A stretch of DNA of 57,168 bases, taken from contig MQRK01246564.1 in NCBI GenBank assembly GCA_001938485.1, positions 3,603 through 60,770 on the forward strand, written 5' to 3'. Shown piece after piece: positions 1-12,124 of this stretch. Under the pieces are notes generated by a model. The model ran no database searches, was not told the origin of the DNA, and saw only the letters and a program-made list of their open reading frames with translations. The position numbers were made by a program, and so were the translations under genes. This stretch comes from Girardia tigrina. Lineage: Eukaryota. How positions within the stretch are numbered: the stretch's first letter is position 1; each line of letters starts with the position of its first letter.

Positions 1-1
1 A

Positions 2-551
2 TCATCGCCCACCCTTATTAAAATATTCAAAACCATAAGAAAATGCATTTTTGAATATTTTGAAGCTAATCCTGTAAGACTTGGCGGCGAAAATGTAATC
101 TGTCAAATCGATGAAAGTCTTTTTTGTTGCAAACAAAAATTACTTGTGTAATTATATCTCATTATAAGTACATCTTATAAATACTTTTTAGTTGTGTAAT
201 TTTAGGGGCATACTTTTAACATGATCCAAACACGGTGCAAGAAAATGAAAGAAGTCAAAAAAGAATTTTTGCAGGATTACCTTAATGAGTTTATGTGGCG
301 AGACAAAATGTTGGAGATTCTTTTGAAAAATTGATGAATTTATTGAAAAATTACTTTAATGATGAATAAATTTCATAATTTTGTATTGTGTNNNNNNNNN
401 NNNNNNNNNNNNNNNNNNATATTTTTTAGTTGTGTAATTTCAGGGGCATACTTTTTAGTTGTGAAATTTTAGGGTCATACTTTTTAGTTGTGTAATTTTA
501 GGGGCGTACTTTTTAGTTGTGTAATTTTAGGGGCGTACTTTTAACATGATC
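2..551 (+). mobile_element. Merlin (IS1595/ISXO2-like) DNA transposon, internally deleted/rearranged
   Basis: 2-139 translates ...VRLGGENVICQIDESLFCCKQK and about 230-306 ...KKEFLQDYLNEFMWRD, both typical Merlin/ISXO2 motifs. About 30-bp subterminal tandem repeats end in TTTTAACATGATC. Confidence 0.8.
421..545. repeat. About 30-bp tandem repeat x4 (TTTTTAGTTGTGTAATTTTAGGGGCRTAC), Merlin subterminal
   Basis: Units directly visible; one more unit at about 185-215. Confidence 0.9.
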
Positions 552-961
552 TAATTTTATTCCTAAAAATCCTAATTAATAACCAATTATTAAATTTTAT
601 TTCTAAAATTCCTAATTAATAACCAATTATTTCATTTTATGCCCAAAAATCCTAATTAATAACCAATTATTTCATTTTATTCCTAAAAATCCTAATTAAT
701 AACAAATTATTTCATTTTATTCATAAAAATCCTAATTAATATCAAATTATTTCATTTTATTCCTAAAAATCCTATCTAATATCAAATTATTTCATTTTAT
801 GCCCAAAAATCCCTATTTCATTTAAATTCTTATTTCTGGCGTCGAAATGTCCCGGCGTCAAAACGGCGGCGTCGAAATGTCCCGGCGTCGAAATGGCGGC
901 GTCGAAATATCCCGGCGTCGAAATGGCGGCGTCGAAACAGCGGCGTCGAAACGTCCTGATT
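552..961. mobile_element. Right arm of a MULE-like non-autonomous element: about 40-bp AT-rich tandem repeat x7 plus CGGCGTCGAAA-type GC repeats
   Basis: The same 40-mer and the TTTCTGGCGTYGAAATGTCCC junction occur in the arms of the TSD-flanked element at 49656-50335. Confidence 0.7.
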
Positions 962-2439
962 ATATCATCGATGATTAAGTGTCACTAGAATAATAATAAA
1001 CTTCGATTTAATAAATGGTCATTTTTTTTCTTTCAAATGAAATTAAAAAGCTTTTAGTATATTATTTTCACAATCATGCCATAAAATTTTATAAAATCTA
1101 CAAAAACTGATTCCATAAGCATAGCTAGAGTGGATGTTAAATTACATATATCCATGGGCACCAAAATGAGGTTCACTAAATTTTCACAACAAGGATGAAA
1201 CACTGGTCACAGGTAAGATCGCAGCAGAGGCTGTGGCAGATGTCATCTGATACGCCAGCCACACCCATATTGAAGCTGCTGCCAGCCAATCACTGCAGCT
1301 AGCAGCCAATATACTGATTCTGCGTGCAGCTGGTTTCTTTTATATGTATTGAACGTGTATTTTGAAAAAAAATACTATGAAACTTGTCATTGACTTTGCT
1401 GTGGCAGTAAACAAAGATGTGGAGATGGATTAAACTCTAATCAGGTTCAGTGGACTGAATGCTGTGTCACAAAGTATTATTTTTCACTTAGCTAGTTGTA
1501 CCAAAGATTGGTTGTACTTGTTATAGTACAAACAAAGAACATACCTGAAAACAGGACCAATGGTGTCGGGTTAAATGTTTACTTGTAATGTTTTTTAATA
1601 TAAAATGATCTAAACCAGCTCCAAAATATTTCAAATTTCCTAGTACGTGTCGTTACAAAAGAGATTTATTTTTAATTTACTATGAAAAGTATGGCTGTAT
1701 CGATATTTTCAATATTAATAAATATTTATTACAGTAGCATATGTGCAACTGTAATAATTGTTTAGGCCTACAGTTATTTATTCGCCAGTGTACTCAGTGA
1801 TATAAAAAATATTTTTTATATTTTGATTTTTTTGTCAGCTATTTTAGGAAGAAAAAGAAATTGAAACTAATAAATCAAAAAACATTTAATACCCATTCTT
1901 TATACAGAAAGAACTCTACTTGGCCAACATAATTTTAATTAAAAAAATATTTTCATAAAAAAAACAATAAAAAATTAGAAAATTCTGTTGGCAATTCCGC
2001 TCGCAAGAAGCAAGGATATAAAAAATATTTTTTGATTTACTAGTTAGACTTTAAATCGGTTTACTGGACTTTATTTATTTTTAAATTTATTTCTTTGCGT
2101 AAATAAACTACTTTTAATTTATAAGTAGATCTTTTTCTGCTGATATTGTTCAGTAAATCCGTTTGAGGACCGTTTGTTCCAATTTTGAGACCTTAAAAAG
2201 TTTTTTTGATCAAATTTTCACATTATCATTTATTGTCATCGAAAATGAGTAACTGTGCAAATTTTGGAGAAATTTGATTAAATAAAAGGCCTTCAAAAAT
2301 AAGTTTCTAAATTCCATGCCGAAAATGATAAAAATGTAGGAAACTTTCTCGTGCTGATCAAACTCGTTGCTAAAGATGACCCACTATTGGCAGAAGACGT
2401 TTAGCGCGCAAAACAAAATCCCGTGTCAGTTTCTTATTT

Positions 2440-2657
2440 GTGATTACAATTTTTGTTAATAATAGCAGTGGCAACTGCAAACTGTGAATGGTCTTTCAGC
2501 AAATTTAAATTTATTTTGTCGTGTATCAATGGGGCAGGATCGTCTCAATGATCTTGCTCTTTTTAGCGTTGACAGAGAAGCATTGGAAACAACAGATATC
2601 GATGACACAATTAAACAGTTTTCAACAGTGAAATGAAGAAAAATAAATCGATTATAG
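2440..2657 (+). mobile_element. hAT transposase C-terminal dimerisation-domain relic (ZMYM1-like)
   Basis: LLIIAVATANCEWSFSKFKFI ... SMGQDRLNDLALFSVDREALETTDIDDTIKQFST, with a deletion and a stop. Confidence 0.8.
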
Positions 2658-2686
2658 ACTATGTAAACCATATTTGAAAGTTGTAG

Positions 2687-2985
2687 TCAGGTACAGGCCA
2701 TGTTGTCATTTTGATGCCTTGTGGCAATGCAAGGTATTTGCAAAAGCAATCTTAACTTTTTTTCGAATTTTAGGAGTTTTATGTCCCTCTGGTTTGTAAT
2801 GCAATGCTAAAATTTTCCTACCTAAAAGAGGTTAATGCCTTCCCTAGTCTTGGCATTCTAGTTGCCTAGAATCACGAGTATTTCTTTCTTTAGAGACTTG
2901 TCAATGAGCATCTCAGGATTTTCATAGAATTCTTCAACGACTTCTTCATCGAAGTAAGTCGTTGGTACATAGACTTTAAAACGTG
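2687..2985 (-). mobile_element. RTE-type non-LTR retrotransposon AP-endonuclease fragment
   Basis: KVYVPTTYFDEEVVEEFYENPEMLIDKSLKKEILVILGN*NAK ... FANTLHCHKAS..TTW matches the VYAPT / GDxNAK / NT / TW motifs of RTE APE. Confidence 0.8.
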
Positions 2986-3080
2986 CATAAATTTATAATA
3001 AAAGCCAATATTGAATAATACATCAAATAAGTTTGTGTTCTATTATTTTGAAAATTGAGCTTGAGGGGGAAAATTCGGAA

Positions 3081-3505
3081 TGTTGTAAGTTTGTTGTTTG
3101 TATGCTGTTTAGATTTGTGACTCTCCTACTCAGATGGGCACGATATGTTATTGATTAATTATTTGGATTTAATGAAATTAATTTAATGAGATTAATTTTT
3201 AAATACTAATTAATTAAAAGTTTTATAATTATAAATTATTAACAACATTTTTAGAAAACGATTTTAACTTATTAAATTTAATATATTTTAAAAATTAGTG
3301 TTTATTTAAAAAATTACTTAATGCCTTTTATCCAATAAAATTTTAAGAAATTATAAGTTAATATTAAACTTGACCCATTAATTAATTTTTAGATTTGAAA
3401 AAAAAACTATATCAATCAAAGAAAGATGCTCACTGATAATGGTTGTAAAGAATCTGTTTGTGCTGTTAATAAATGTTTGCACTCAAATTGTGATGTTGAT
3501 AATAG
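3081..3505. repeat. Dispersed repeat copy 1 (possible LTR fragment, starts TGTTGTAAG)
   Basis: Aligns by eye over about 420 bp with 25177-25595. Confidence 0.75.
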
Positions 3506-3624
3506 AGTTCTAGATTAATATACTTTTAACAAATTAAATTCTATTAATTTTAAATGATAAATTAAATAAAAATATCTTTTGACTAATATAGAATATTTGA
3601 AGTATCTTTATTTGACATTTCTAG

Positions 3625-3816
3625 ACAAACTCATTCTCTTCAAACAGGTCGAGCTTCAGATGCAGTATTAAGTGCTGATTTTCATACTCTTAGAATTACA
3701 GCAATAAAATATCATCCTTCGGGCAAGACCGATTCTAAATATAGTCACGTTTTCATTAGTGCTGCTTGGGATAACACCATTCAAATTTGGGATGATCGTA
3801 AATTAGGATCTTTGTG
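3625..3816 (+). CDS. WD40-repeat protein, internal exon A (acceptor could alternatively be 3648)
   Basis: ...DFHTLRITAIKYHPSGKTDSKYSHVFISAAWDNTIQIWDDRKLGSLW is a WD40 repeat; AG acceptor upstream and GT donor at 3817. Confidence 0.85.
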
Positions 3817-3864
3817 GTATGGTAAATTTATTTTCAAAGTTATGTAAAGCGTATTAATTTCAAG

Positions 3865-3970
3865 GCAGTACATTGGTCCACATGTATGTGGAGCTGATGG
3901 TATAGATATCGATCCAGTTACAAATACTATTATTTCTTGTTCCTGGAAGAGAGAAAAGGCTGTGCTTCAA
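3865..3970 (+). CDS. WD40-repeat protein, internal exon B
   Basis: A 48-nt GT-AG intron (3817-3864) keeps the frame: QYIGPHVCGADGIDIDPVTNTIISCSWKREKAVLQ; donor GTAATT. Confidence 0.9.
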
Positions 3971-4343
3971 GTAATTAATTGTTTGATTCTTTTGCATTTA
4001 TTTTTTAATAAAGCTTTGTGTTTGTTACGTTCTTGATAATTCAAAGTTGAAAAATCAGAAATCGACATTTTTAAAACTTTTATTTTGATTTAAAAAATTC
4101 TGTTTATAAAAATAAATTACAATTTTTAATTTAAATTATTTCGTAATAAATTTACATTTTTTATTATAAAAAATTTATATTAACTTATTTTGTAAAATTT
4201 TTATGTATGTTAATTTATATTTTTTAATGTTTTGTGTAGAAATAATGAATTCAACGATTCTATGAACACACTATTTCTACTAAATTAAGTAGAATAATTC
4301 ACCTATTAAGTCGACAGTGATAACCGGTGAATTATCCTTTATA

Positions 4344-5688
4344 TTAGGTGTATAACTTAGTTTTTTGGATTTTCTAAGAGATAACGTAACCTTTGNAATA
4401 AGCATTATTTTACAGTCGTACGTACAGATTTTTAAAGTGCTGAAATCGAGGCATTAAAATTAAGTAGGTCATTGACCTTAAATGCGTCATAAACATATTT
4501 TTAATCACGTTTTAGCATGACAACTTTCATAGCAACAAAACAGCATTTACGGGAAGCACTACTGTTTTGCTTTAATCAAAAGAAATTAGCTGCAGACAGT
4601 TTTCGGCTTCTTGATGAAACTTGCATGCATGCACCAACTCAACAGACTTGCGAGAACTGGTATAAACGTTTCAAAATTGGAGATTTTGATGTAAGTGACA
4701 AAGAGCGTTCCGGTCAACCAAAAAGATTCGAAGATGAAGATTTGGAATCATTACTGAAGGAAGATTCTACTCAAACAGAGAGCTTGCAAAACAGTTAAAT
4801 GTTACTCAAGTAGCCATAAGTAAACGTCTACATGCTATGAAAATGATTCAAAAAGANGGAAAATGAATANCACATGAATTGANTCAAGCNAACATTGAAA
4901 GTCGATTACTGATATTCAATTCATTGCNTACAAGACAACGAAGATGGTCGTTTTTNCATAATATTGTGACTGGAGATGAAAAATGGATTTATTATGTTAA
5001 CTCTAAACGCAAGAAATCGTGGGTTCATCCCGGCGAACCGTCCACGTCAACAGCAAAAAGAAACATTCATGGAAGCAAGGTTATGTTGTGCATTTGGTGG
5101 GATCAGAAAGGTGTACTGTACAATGAGCTGCTGAAATCGAATGAAACTGTTAATGCAGAACGTTACCAACAACAGTTAATGAAATTGAACGATGCATTGA
5201 AGGAAAAACGTACTATTCCAGCCAACAAACAGCGCACAGTGATTTTGCTCCATGANNNNNNNNNNNNNNNNNNNNNNNNNNNNNNNNNNNNNNNNNNNNN
5301 NNNNNNNNNNNNNNNNNNNNNNNNNNNNNNNNNNNNNNNNNNNNNNNNNNNNNNNNNNNNNNNNNNNNNNNNNNNNNNNNNNAAATTCTACCGCATGCTG
5401 CCTATTCACCAGATTGTGCCCCATCAGATTATCATCTATTCCGATCAATGCAAAGCGCTCTTCGGGACCAGCACTTCAGAAACCAGGAACATATAAAAAA
5501 TAGCTGGAACAATGGATCGCATCAAAAGACCAAAACTTTTTTCTATGGAATTCATAATTTGCCTGAAAGATGGTCGAAAGTTATAATTAACGATGGAAAA
5601 TATTTTGATTAGAATAAAACTTATTATGTCATATAAATAAACTTGTCTGTTCTGCAAAAAAATCCAAAAAACTAAGTTATACACCTAA
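4344..5688 (+). mobile_element. Full-length degenerate mariner (Mos1/mauritiana-like)
   Basis: TIRs TTAGGTGTATAACTTAGTTTTT / AAAAACTAAGTTATACACCTAA flanked by TA. Transposase motifs TGDEKWIYY, KVMLCIWWDQKG, YSPD with frameshifts and an N gap. Confidence 0.95.
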
Positions 5689-5899
5689 TACTTTAAGAAT
5701 TGCTAATTTAATTTAATCAATACGTTAAATGAACCTAAAAACCTAAAGATAAAGAAAATGATAAAAATCAACGAACGGTTAAAAATTATATTGCTTACCA
5801 ACAATAACTGAGTGATATTTAACGTAGTAATAATAACTAACAGTTACTTTGCGGGTTGCAAACACAATAATCGAGGTTTCAAAAAATAAATGTTAGTCT

Positions 5900-6362
5900 T
5901 TTTAGCGCAATTTCCATACTGACAATTGCGATTATTAATTGGTTATCTCTGTGTGGATGGATGGATGGATGGATGTGTGTCCGCAGCTTTAAGTCGTATC
6001 TCCTCCTCAACGAAACAATATCGAGGGCTAGTTCCAAAAGCAAATATGTTAAGCAAGTTTGGAGAACGATTGTGGGCCAAAAAAATTCCCGGAATTCCTT
6101 CCTGGATTTCCCGGAAAAGCCAAAAAACCTCGAAAAAATGCAGTTTTTGGCTTATATCTCGGCAACCAGACCACTTAGCGATTTGAAACATTTACCAATC
6201 GATTCCTGCAATAATTTAGAACAATATTGCCGAAGAAAGTTTTCAAAAATATCCTTTCGTTCGGTCACAAAAAATTAATCATAGTCAAATACTGATATAA
6301 ACGTTTTAATATTTGGGCACCGAATAACATAAGGAAATTGCGCTTAAATTGTCACTAGACTT
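5900..6362 (+). mobile_element. Helentron-like non-autonomous element (HINE/DINE-1 architecture)
   Basis: Sub-terminal IR AGCGCAATTTCC (5904-5915) / GGAAATTGCGCT (6333-6344), a (GGAT)n microsatellite near the 5' end, T-runs at both ends. Confidence 0.65.
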
Positions 6363-7794
6363 TTTATTAACTTGTTTATGATTAGAAACCAATTTTTGAG
6401 TTTCTATTTGATTTTTTTAATGATACAACGGAAATTTTCGCAAATCCAATGAATAAAGTAAAAAAATGACTGCCAATTATTAAACGAATCATAAAATACA
6501 AAAAAAGCTAACAATAAAAAACTAACAAATATCACCACAAAGGTAGATGATAACAGCAATCCGACACACATCTCACATAATAAAAAAATTTTTAAAAAAT
6601 GGAATAAATTCATAAAAACAACACAAAAAAATAATAACGTGACCCTGAATTACCCAGTTAATGGAAGAGATGTAGTGAAAAATGTTGAGTAAAAGGGTGG
6701 GAGATATTCACACTACAGATTGAAAGATAATATGCTTTATAAATTTAATTTTTACGTTTGTAAAAAGTTGTACATTCTAGAAAAAACGTCATTTCGAAAC
6801 TCGGTTTAGTGAGCATTCACAATTGAGTACATCGAGTAATGTTCTTTATCATTGGTTACATTGTAAAAATAGAATCTCGTCTGTTGCAAAGGATGAATTT
6901 TCGGTTTAAAGAAGATAATTGTTTCAAATTATAAGCTTCAATTCTGTGAATCATTATTGATAAGACAACTCCAATAAAATTCTAATTAATTTATTAAAAG
7001 AATAAATTGCATTTTATATATTATTTTACATTTTATTATTTTTATATACTTGGTAAATTAATTTAAAACTTACACTTATGTTATTTTCAAATTAGCAAAA
7101 TGTATCCCTTTACTCATAATGTACCGTTTAATGCAGACATAGATACAGAGAATAATTTAAATAAAACCATATTACTTCCATAACATTTCATACATTTTTC
7201 TCACGGACGCAATAAAATAATAATCGTTTAAAACTTCAGGACCAGTATTTACTCCCTTTCAGATCACATTCGGCCGTACGTACAAAGGTTGGGCACCGCT
7301 GATATGGAATAAAATTTTAAAAATAGTAAACACTCACTTGAGCAGAAATTTTTAACTAAAATTTTAACACTTCAGTAATCTTTATTTTTTTTTATTATTG
7401 TTTGTTTAAATTACTTCAAATATATTTTATACATATTTTGAGAGCGTATTATAATGGTTCATATTTGTGTTTAGGGGCAATGTAAAGAATTGGTGAAATA
7501 CATAAGTAAACTAAATCTAAATAGTCTTTTTTCTTCAAAATAGCTTAAACTCAAGATAACTTAATCTTTTTAAATTTGTTTTTATACAAAAATGTATGGT
7601 TATATACATGACTCTCTGGTTCTATTATTATTAAAAATCAAATTAAATTAAATCAAAAAATCTGATTTAATTTAATTGCAAAAAATCAGTTAATTTTAAT
7701 GCAATTAATTTTTTTGTAAGTTAAATTCGATTACAGATAAATTTAAAAAATAATGGCAAGTTCTTTTTAAAAATTTAAAAACCCCATTTTAAAA

Positions 7795-8180
7795 TCAAAA
7801 TTTTACTTATGCAATATATTTTGACGGAATATCTGTTATCCTCAGGAATTTCTGATTCTAGCTGTTAAGCTTATATATGTTAGATTGATTATAATGTAAT
7901 TACTGATTTTCGTAAACACTTTCAACAAAGTTAATGAGTCAGTTGATTGGACATTAATTGCTGTATTAACCGCTTTAATTATTAATGCCTCACACAAGAC
8001 GCTTTCCTAATAATTTTTAAAATTGCTGCATAAAACTTTAAAATTATTTATTTCAATATATTAGAACTTTTATTAATGAATCGGAGAAAATACAAGAATA
8101 AATCAGACCATTTCGGTTACATTTGTGGAAAATATACATTAACATCATAGCGCAGAAATATAACTAAACAAATTAAACAT
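7795..8180 (+). mobile_element. Chapaev3-like transposon 5' fragment
   Basis: SDHFGYICGKYTLTS*RRNITKQIKHC resembles the N-terminal FCYICG motif of Chapaev3 transposases. Confidence 0.55.
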
Positions 8181-8204
8181 TGCACATTCATCATTTTTAC
8201 ATAC

Positions 8205-8205
<1 letters not shown>

Positions 8206-8259
<54 letters not shown>

Positions 8260-8262
8260 ATA
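8206..8262. repeat. (TA)n microsatellite
   Basis: Directly visible. Confidence 0.95.
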
Positions 8263-8283
8263 AGCTTAACAGATAGGATTAGA

Positions 8284-8322
8284 AATGCCTGATGATGATG
8301 GATATTCCATCGAAATTACATT
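8284..8322 (+). ncRNA. Degenerate minimal type I hammerhead motif (Penelope-type)
   Basis: AATGC-CTGATGA-T-GATGG atatt CCATC-GAAA-TTA-CATT: core and stem II intact, small deletion at the cleavage site. Confidence 0.6.
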
Positions 8323-8589
8323 AATAAAATAATTAATTTTAAAATAGTGTTTTTTTAATTTTTAAATTTGATTAGTTGATTTAATTATCTTTTTTAATTA
8401 TAGTGGTTTGTTGTTTTTAAATGAAGCCATCTTTATTGAAAAAAAAGTTTATAAAAGTAAATAATTAAGCACAATACCAAATTTGATTGCAAAAGTTAAT
8501 TACTATTCGTATGTTATAAATAAATCTGGAATTTATTTTAATAATAAATATTTTTTCATGAAATTCACTTAGATTAAAAATTTGTGTAG

Positions 8590-8709
8590 ATATGGAAATT
8601 CAATGAATTTGTTTTGAATTCGGCTCCATTAGATGGGCGGAGCTTGTATGGACAGTATAGTGTTCCGGTAGCAGAGTATTATCAAGATACAACTAATATC
8701 CCAAGTCAA
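8590..8709 (+). CDS. WD40-repeat protein, internal exon C
   Basis: TAG acceptor, phase 0, IWKFNEFVLNSAPLDGRSLYGQYSVPVAEYYQDTTNIPSQ, GT donor; completes the LQ|IW end of the WD repeat. Confidence 0.8.
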
Positions 8710-8810
8710 GTAAAACAGATTACTTTCTCAATTGTTTATTTCATCTTTTTTATATAATATATTTTCTATAATGTTATTTCCATGGATAAATACTGTTTTT
8801 AGATTTATTA

Positions 8811-10213
8811 CACTGTATACCAAAGAAAAAAACGGAAATGCCAGTGGCACTCCTTTAAGTATTTTGACATGGAGATTACGAAAATGATATCAAATTTGTT
8901 GTGTGACCCTCCGATTTTATGTAAATTCACAATTTCATATTCTCAATTTACAGCTGTGTAATGGAATTAAACCCTTTGCATGACAGGATAATATTGCTTA
9001 CGTCAACAATATTTTATTGCATACGTCAACAATATTTTATAGCTTAAATCTGAAGAATTGCTTTCGTTACGCCAACAGAATTTCGTCGCTTACGTCTGCA
9101 GATTTTTGCTCATGTCAGCATTCCTTACCAACCATGAAAACTATGCGAATATATCACTTATTCTTCACAGAATTAAATACAGAGATCACCGGTTGTTCAT
9201 ATGTGCAGATTTAACATTTGTGGCTTTTCTAAATGGATTACAGGCTGGTTTTACCAAGTTCATGAGATTCCTCTACAAATAGGATAGTAGGATGAAATCT
9301 GAACATTATACGAGGAAATCTTGGCCACAACGAGAAACATTCCAAGTTGGTTCGCATAACGTCATTAACTAACCTCTTGTGAAGAAAGAGAAGATAATAA
9401 TTATATAAATAGGTTTATTTCTTCAATATAACGAATGGGCACTCAGTGGAAGACAAATTCAAAACTCAATGACTAAATCTTCACATCAAGCTTGGAATCA
9501 TGAAGCAGTTAGTTAAAGCGTTAGATCACCACAAACTAGCATTTCAATATTTACAGACCAAATTTCCGAAAATCAGTGACGCCAAAATTAAAGAAGGCAT
9601 TTTCGTAGGGCCCCAAATACGACCACTGATGCTGGATGAAAAGTTTTCTGGGACTATTGATTAATATGAACTTGCAACATTGGATGCATTCAAGCAGGTG
9701 TGCCAGGGATTTCTTGGAAAACATAAAGCACCAAATTATGCTGATCTGGTAGACTGATTAATTGCATCCTATCAACAATTAGGTTGTAATGTGTCTTTGA
9801 AGCTTCACTTTCTCCATTCCCATCATTCCTTCTTCTCTGCCAATGGAGATGTATCTGACAAGAATGGTGAGCGCTTTCATCAGACTATTGCTACTATGGA
9901 ACAAAGACACAAAGGAAAGTGGAGTCCTTCCATGCTTACAGATTTCTGCTGGAATTCGAAGCGCGATGAACCCGATGCAGCATTCAAATGTCAGGCTAAA
10001 TATAATTAAATGCAAGTGAATAATTTGTGTTATAAGTGATAACAAATATTCTAAACATGTTCATACACGTTCCATCATTAAATCGTTATTACAATAAAAT
10101 ATGACGTGCTACAGTCTATCTGATTATAAATTTAGAATCAGCACATCTGATTTAATAAAGATAATCTTATTTGATTGTTGTTTCTTTCAAAAGCTAAAAA
10201 TTGTTGTGCAGTG
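8811..10213 (+). mobile_element. Chapaev3 (CMC) DNA transposon, internally deleted, degenerate
   Basis: CACTG...CAGTG termini, each flanked by TTA. Transposase motifs ICADL, LHIKLGIMKQLVKAL, KIKEGIFVGPQIR, SLKLHFLHSH, GERFHQ. Confidence 0.85.
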
Positions 10214-10700
10214 TTATTAATGATTGATGTATTTTATAAAAATATCGTGTAGAAATCTGATATAGACCTTGATCTTCACGAAAAATGATAGAAAAAAATG
10301 AAAATGTGACTTTTGTAAAATATGATTATTTAATAAACGCAACTTTAGTAACATAAATGAAAAGTTATCCTATAAAAAATTTTCAATGGCAATACATTGA
10401 TTTTAGGGCTACGTGACCTAATTAATAATGTTTCATACGACAGACTTTTCAAATCACTGTCAAAGTGCTTGTACATACGCTAAACACAACCACTCAGCTG
10501 AAGCTCACGATGAACCAATGAGGAAGTTTAAAATACAACTTAAAATGAGTCTGAGGCTTCTTCGAGCAGCTCTAGAGACATTTTTGATAATATTTCTAGG
10601 AATCATCCAAATAAAGTTTCGATTTGAATATATTTTTGTGTATATTTTTGTTTTTTTTTATTTTTTATTATTATTAATTTATTTTATTATTGTTATTATT

Positions 10701-10797
10701 ATTAATTCCAACAAGAAATTAATTCCAATGCGAAATTAATTCCAACGCGAAATTAATTCCAATGCGAAATTAATTCCAACGCGAAATTAATTCCGCA
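10701..10797. repeat. 17-bp tandem repeat (AATTAATTCCAAYGCGA) about x5
   Basis: Directly visible. Confidence 0.9.
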
Positions 10798-11064
10798 CTC
10801 CCAATAAATGATTATGTGAACATTTGATCGAAAAAAACTTTTTAATGGGAAAAGCGGAAAATTCGGAGTTCCCGAACAATATTAATTACAAGATATCTAT
10901 TTATAAATTATAAGTAGTTTATATTTTTTTTATTGTTTTTTTAATTAAATTTTTTTAAATCTTAAATTTTTAAGTTTTAAAAACTTTGTTGACAAAGTAG
11001 AGTTTTGCCTGGATAAAGAATGGATATAAAAATTTTAATTTTTTGATTTACTAGTTAACAATCC

Positions 11065-11106
11065 GTTTTCCTGAGTGAGACGGTTTACCTGTCGAAATTA
11101 ATAAAC
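11065..11106 (+). ncRNA. Degenerate minimal hammerhead motif
   Basis: CTGAGTGA-GACGG tttac CTGTC-GAAA-TTAA-TA; stem II and the GAAA-TTAA part match the copy at 47668, core altered. Confidence 0.5.
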
Positions 11107-11389
11107 AATATAATAAATTTTAATTGGCTTTAAGATAATAAATAAGTAAATATAATATAATAATTAAAATAAAATAATTAATTAATTTTAATAATATAAG
11201 TAAGTTATAATTTAAAATATATAGTAAAATATAAAATAATACCGCAACATAAGTAAAATAATTACTCGACAGAAAATACGTTACGCTATATTAGTATGAA
11301 AAATAGAAATTTTGAAGTATCATTTTAATAAATAAATTTTATTAGATGATTTTTGACAATTTATTTTAATCAAATATTCTTATATTTAG

Positions 11390-11485
11390 GGCTATGTGAC
11401 CCAATTTATATTAAATGGTCAATATATTATGTATGGAGGAAGTAACAATAATGTTTTCCGAATTGTTGAAAGCAATAGTTTTGTT
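11390..11485 (+). CDS. WD40-repeat protein, internal exon D
   Basis: TTTAG acceptor, phase 0, GYVTQFILNGQYIMYGGSNNNVFRIVESNSFV, donor GTGAG. Confidence 0.8.
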
Positions 11486-12124
11486 GTGAGCTTTTAATTT
11501 TTGATTATTATAGTTTGATAACATATTTATATGATTCTTGTTCCGTGTGTTTCATAAAAAAGCTTTAAATTAATCATAATAAATTGATGTTGTTGGGTTC
11601 TGATCAAATTATAATTCATTAACACCAAATTTTATTTCTAACACAAATAACAATTATTATTCAAACAATATTTCGTCTAGGAACTTTTCTTCGTTTTCTT
11701 TTTGGCCAAATTTTTATATAAAAATATGGAATTATAAATACTGATAACCTATTTTTATTATCTGTTTTTTTTAATTTACATCTCTGGCAACAAAGTTCAA
11801 TATTTTATTTTTTAGAATAACTTTTAAAATTAGTACAAACATAATTATCCTTGTCTTTATATATTTCTTTTAAATCAATTCTTTAGAAATCCATTATTTC
11901 CCAATTAATTTCATTTTAAGGTTTTACTCTACAATTAAAATTCGATTATTTCCAAAAATAACTTTTTAAAATTAATTAAGATATATGTTTTAATTACAAA
12001 TTGCTTTGAAAACTTTTGATTTTAAATATTTCCTTATTTTAGAAATTCTTTATAAAAATTAATTGTTTCAAAAATTTTAAGAATGAGCCTATCCTTCACA
12101 AATGTCATTTACCTCTGTTTTATC

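Noticed and set aside
421-961. CRISPR-like repeats at the window start
   Set aside because: The units are contiguous with no unique spacers; they are transposon subterminal repeats.
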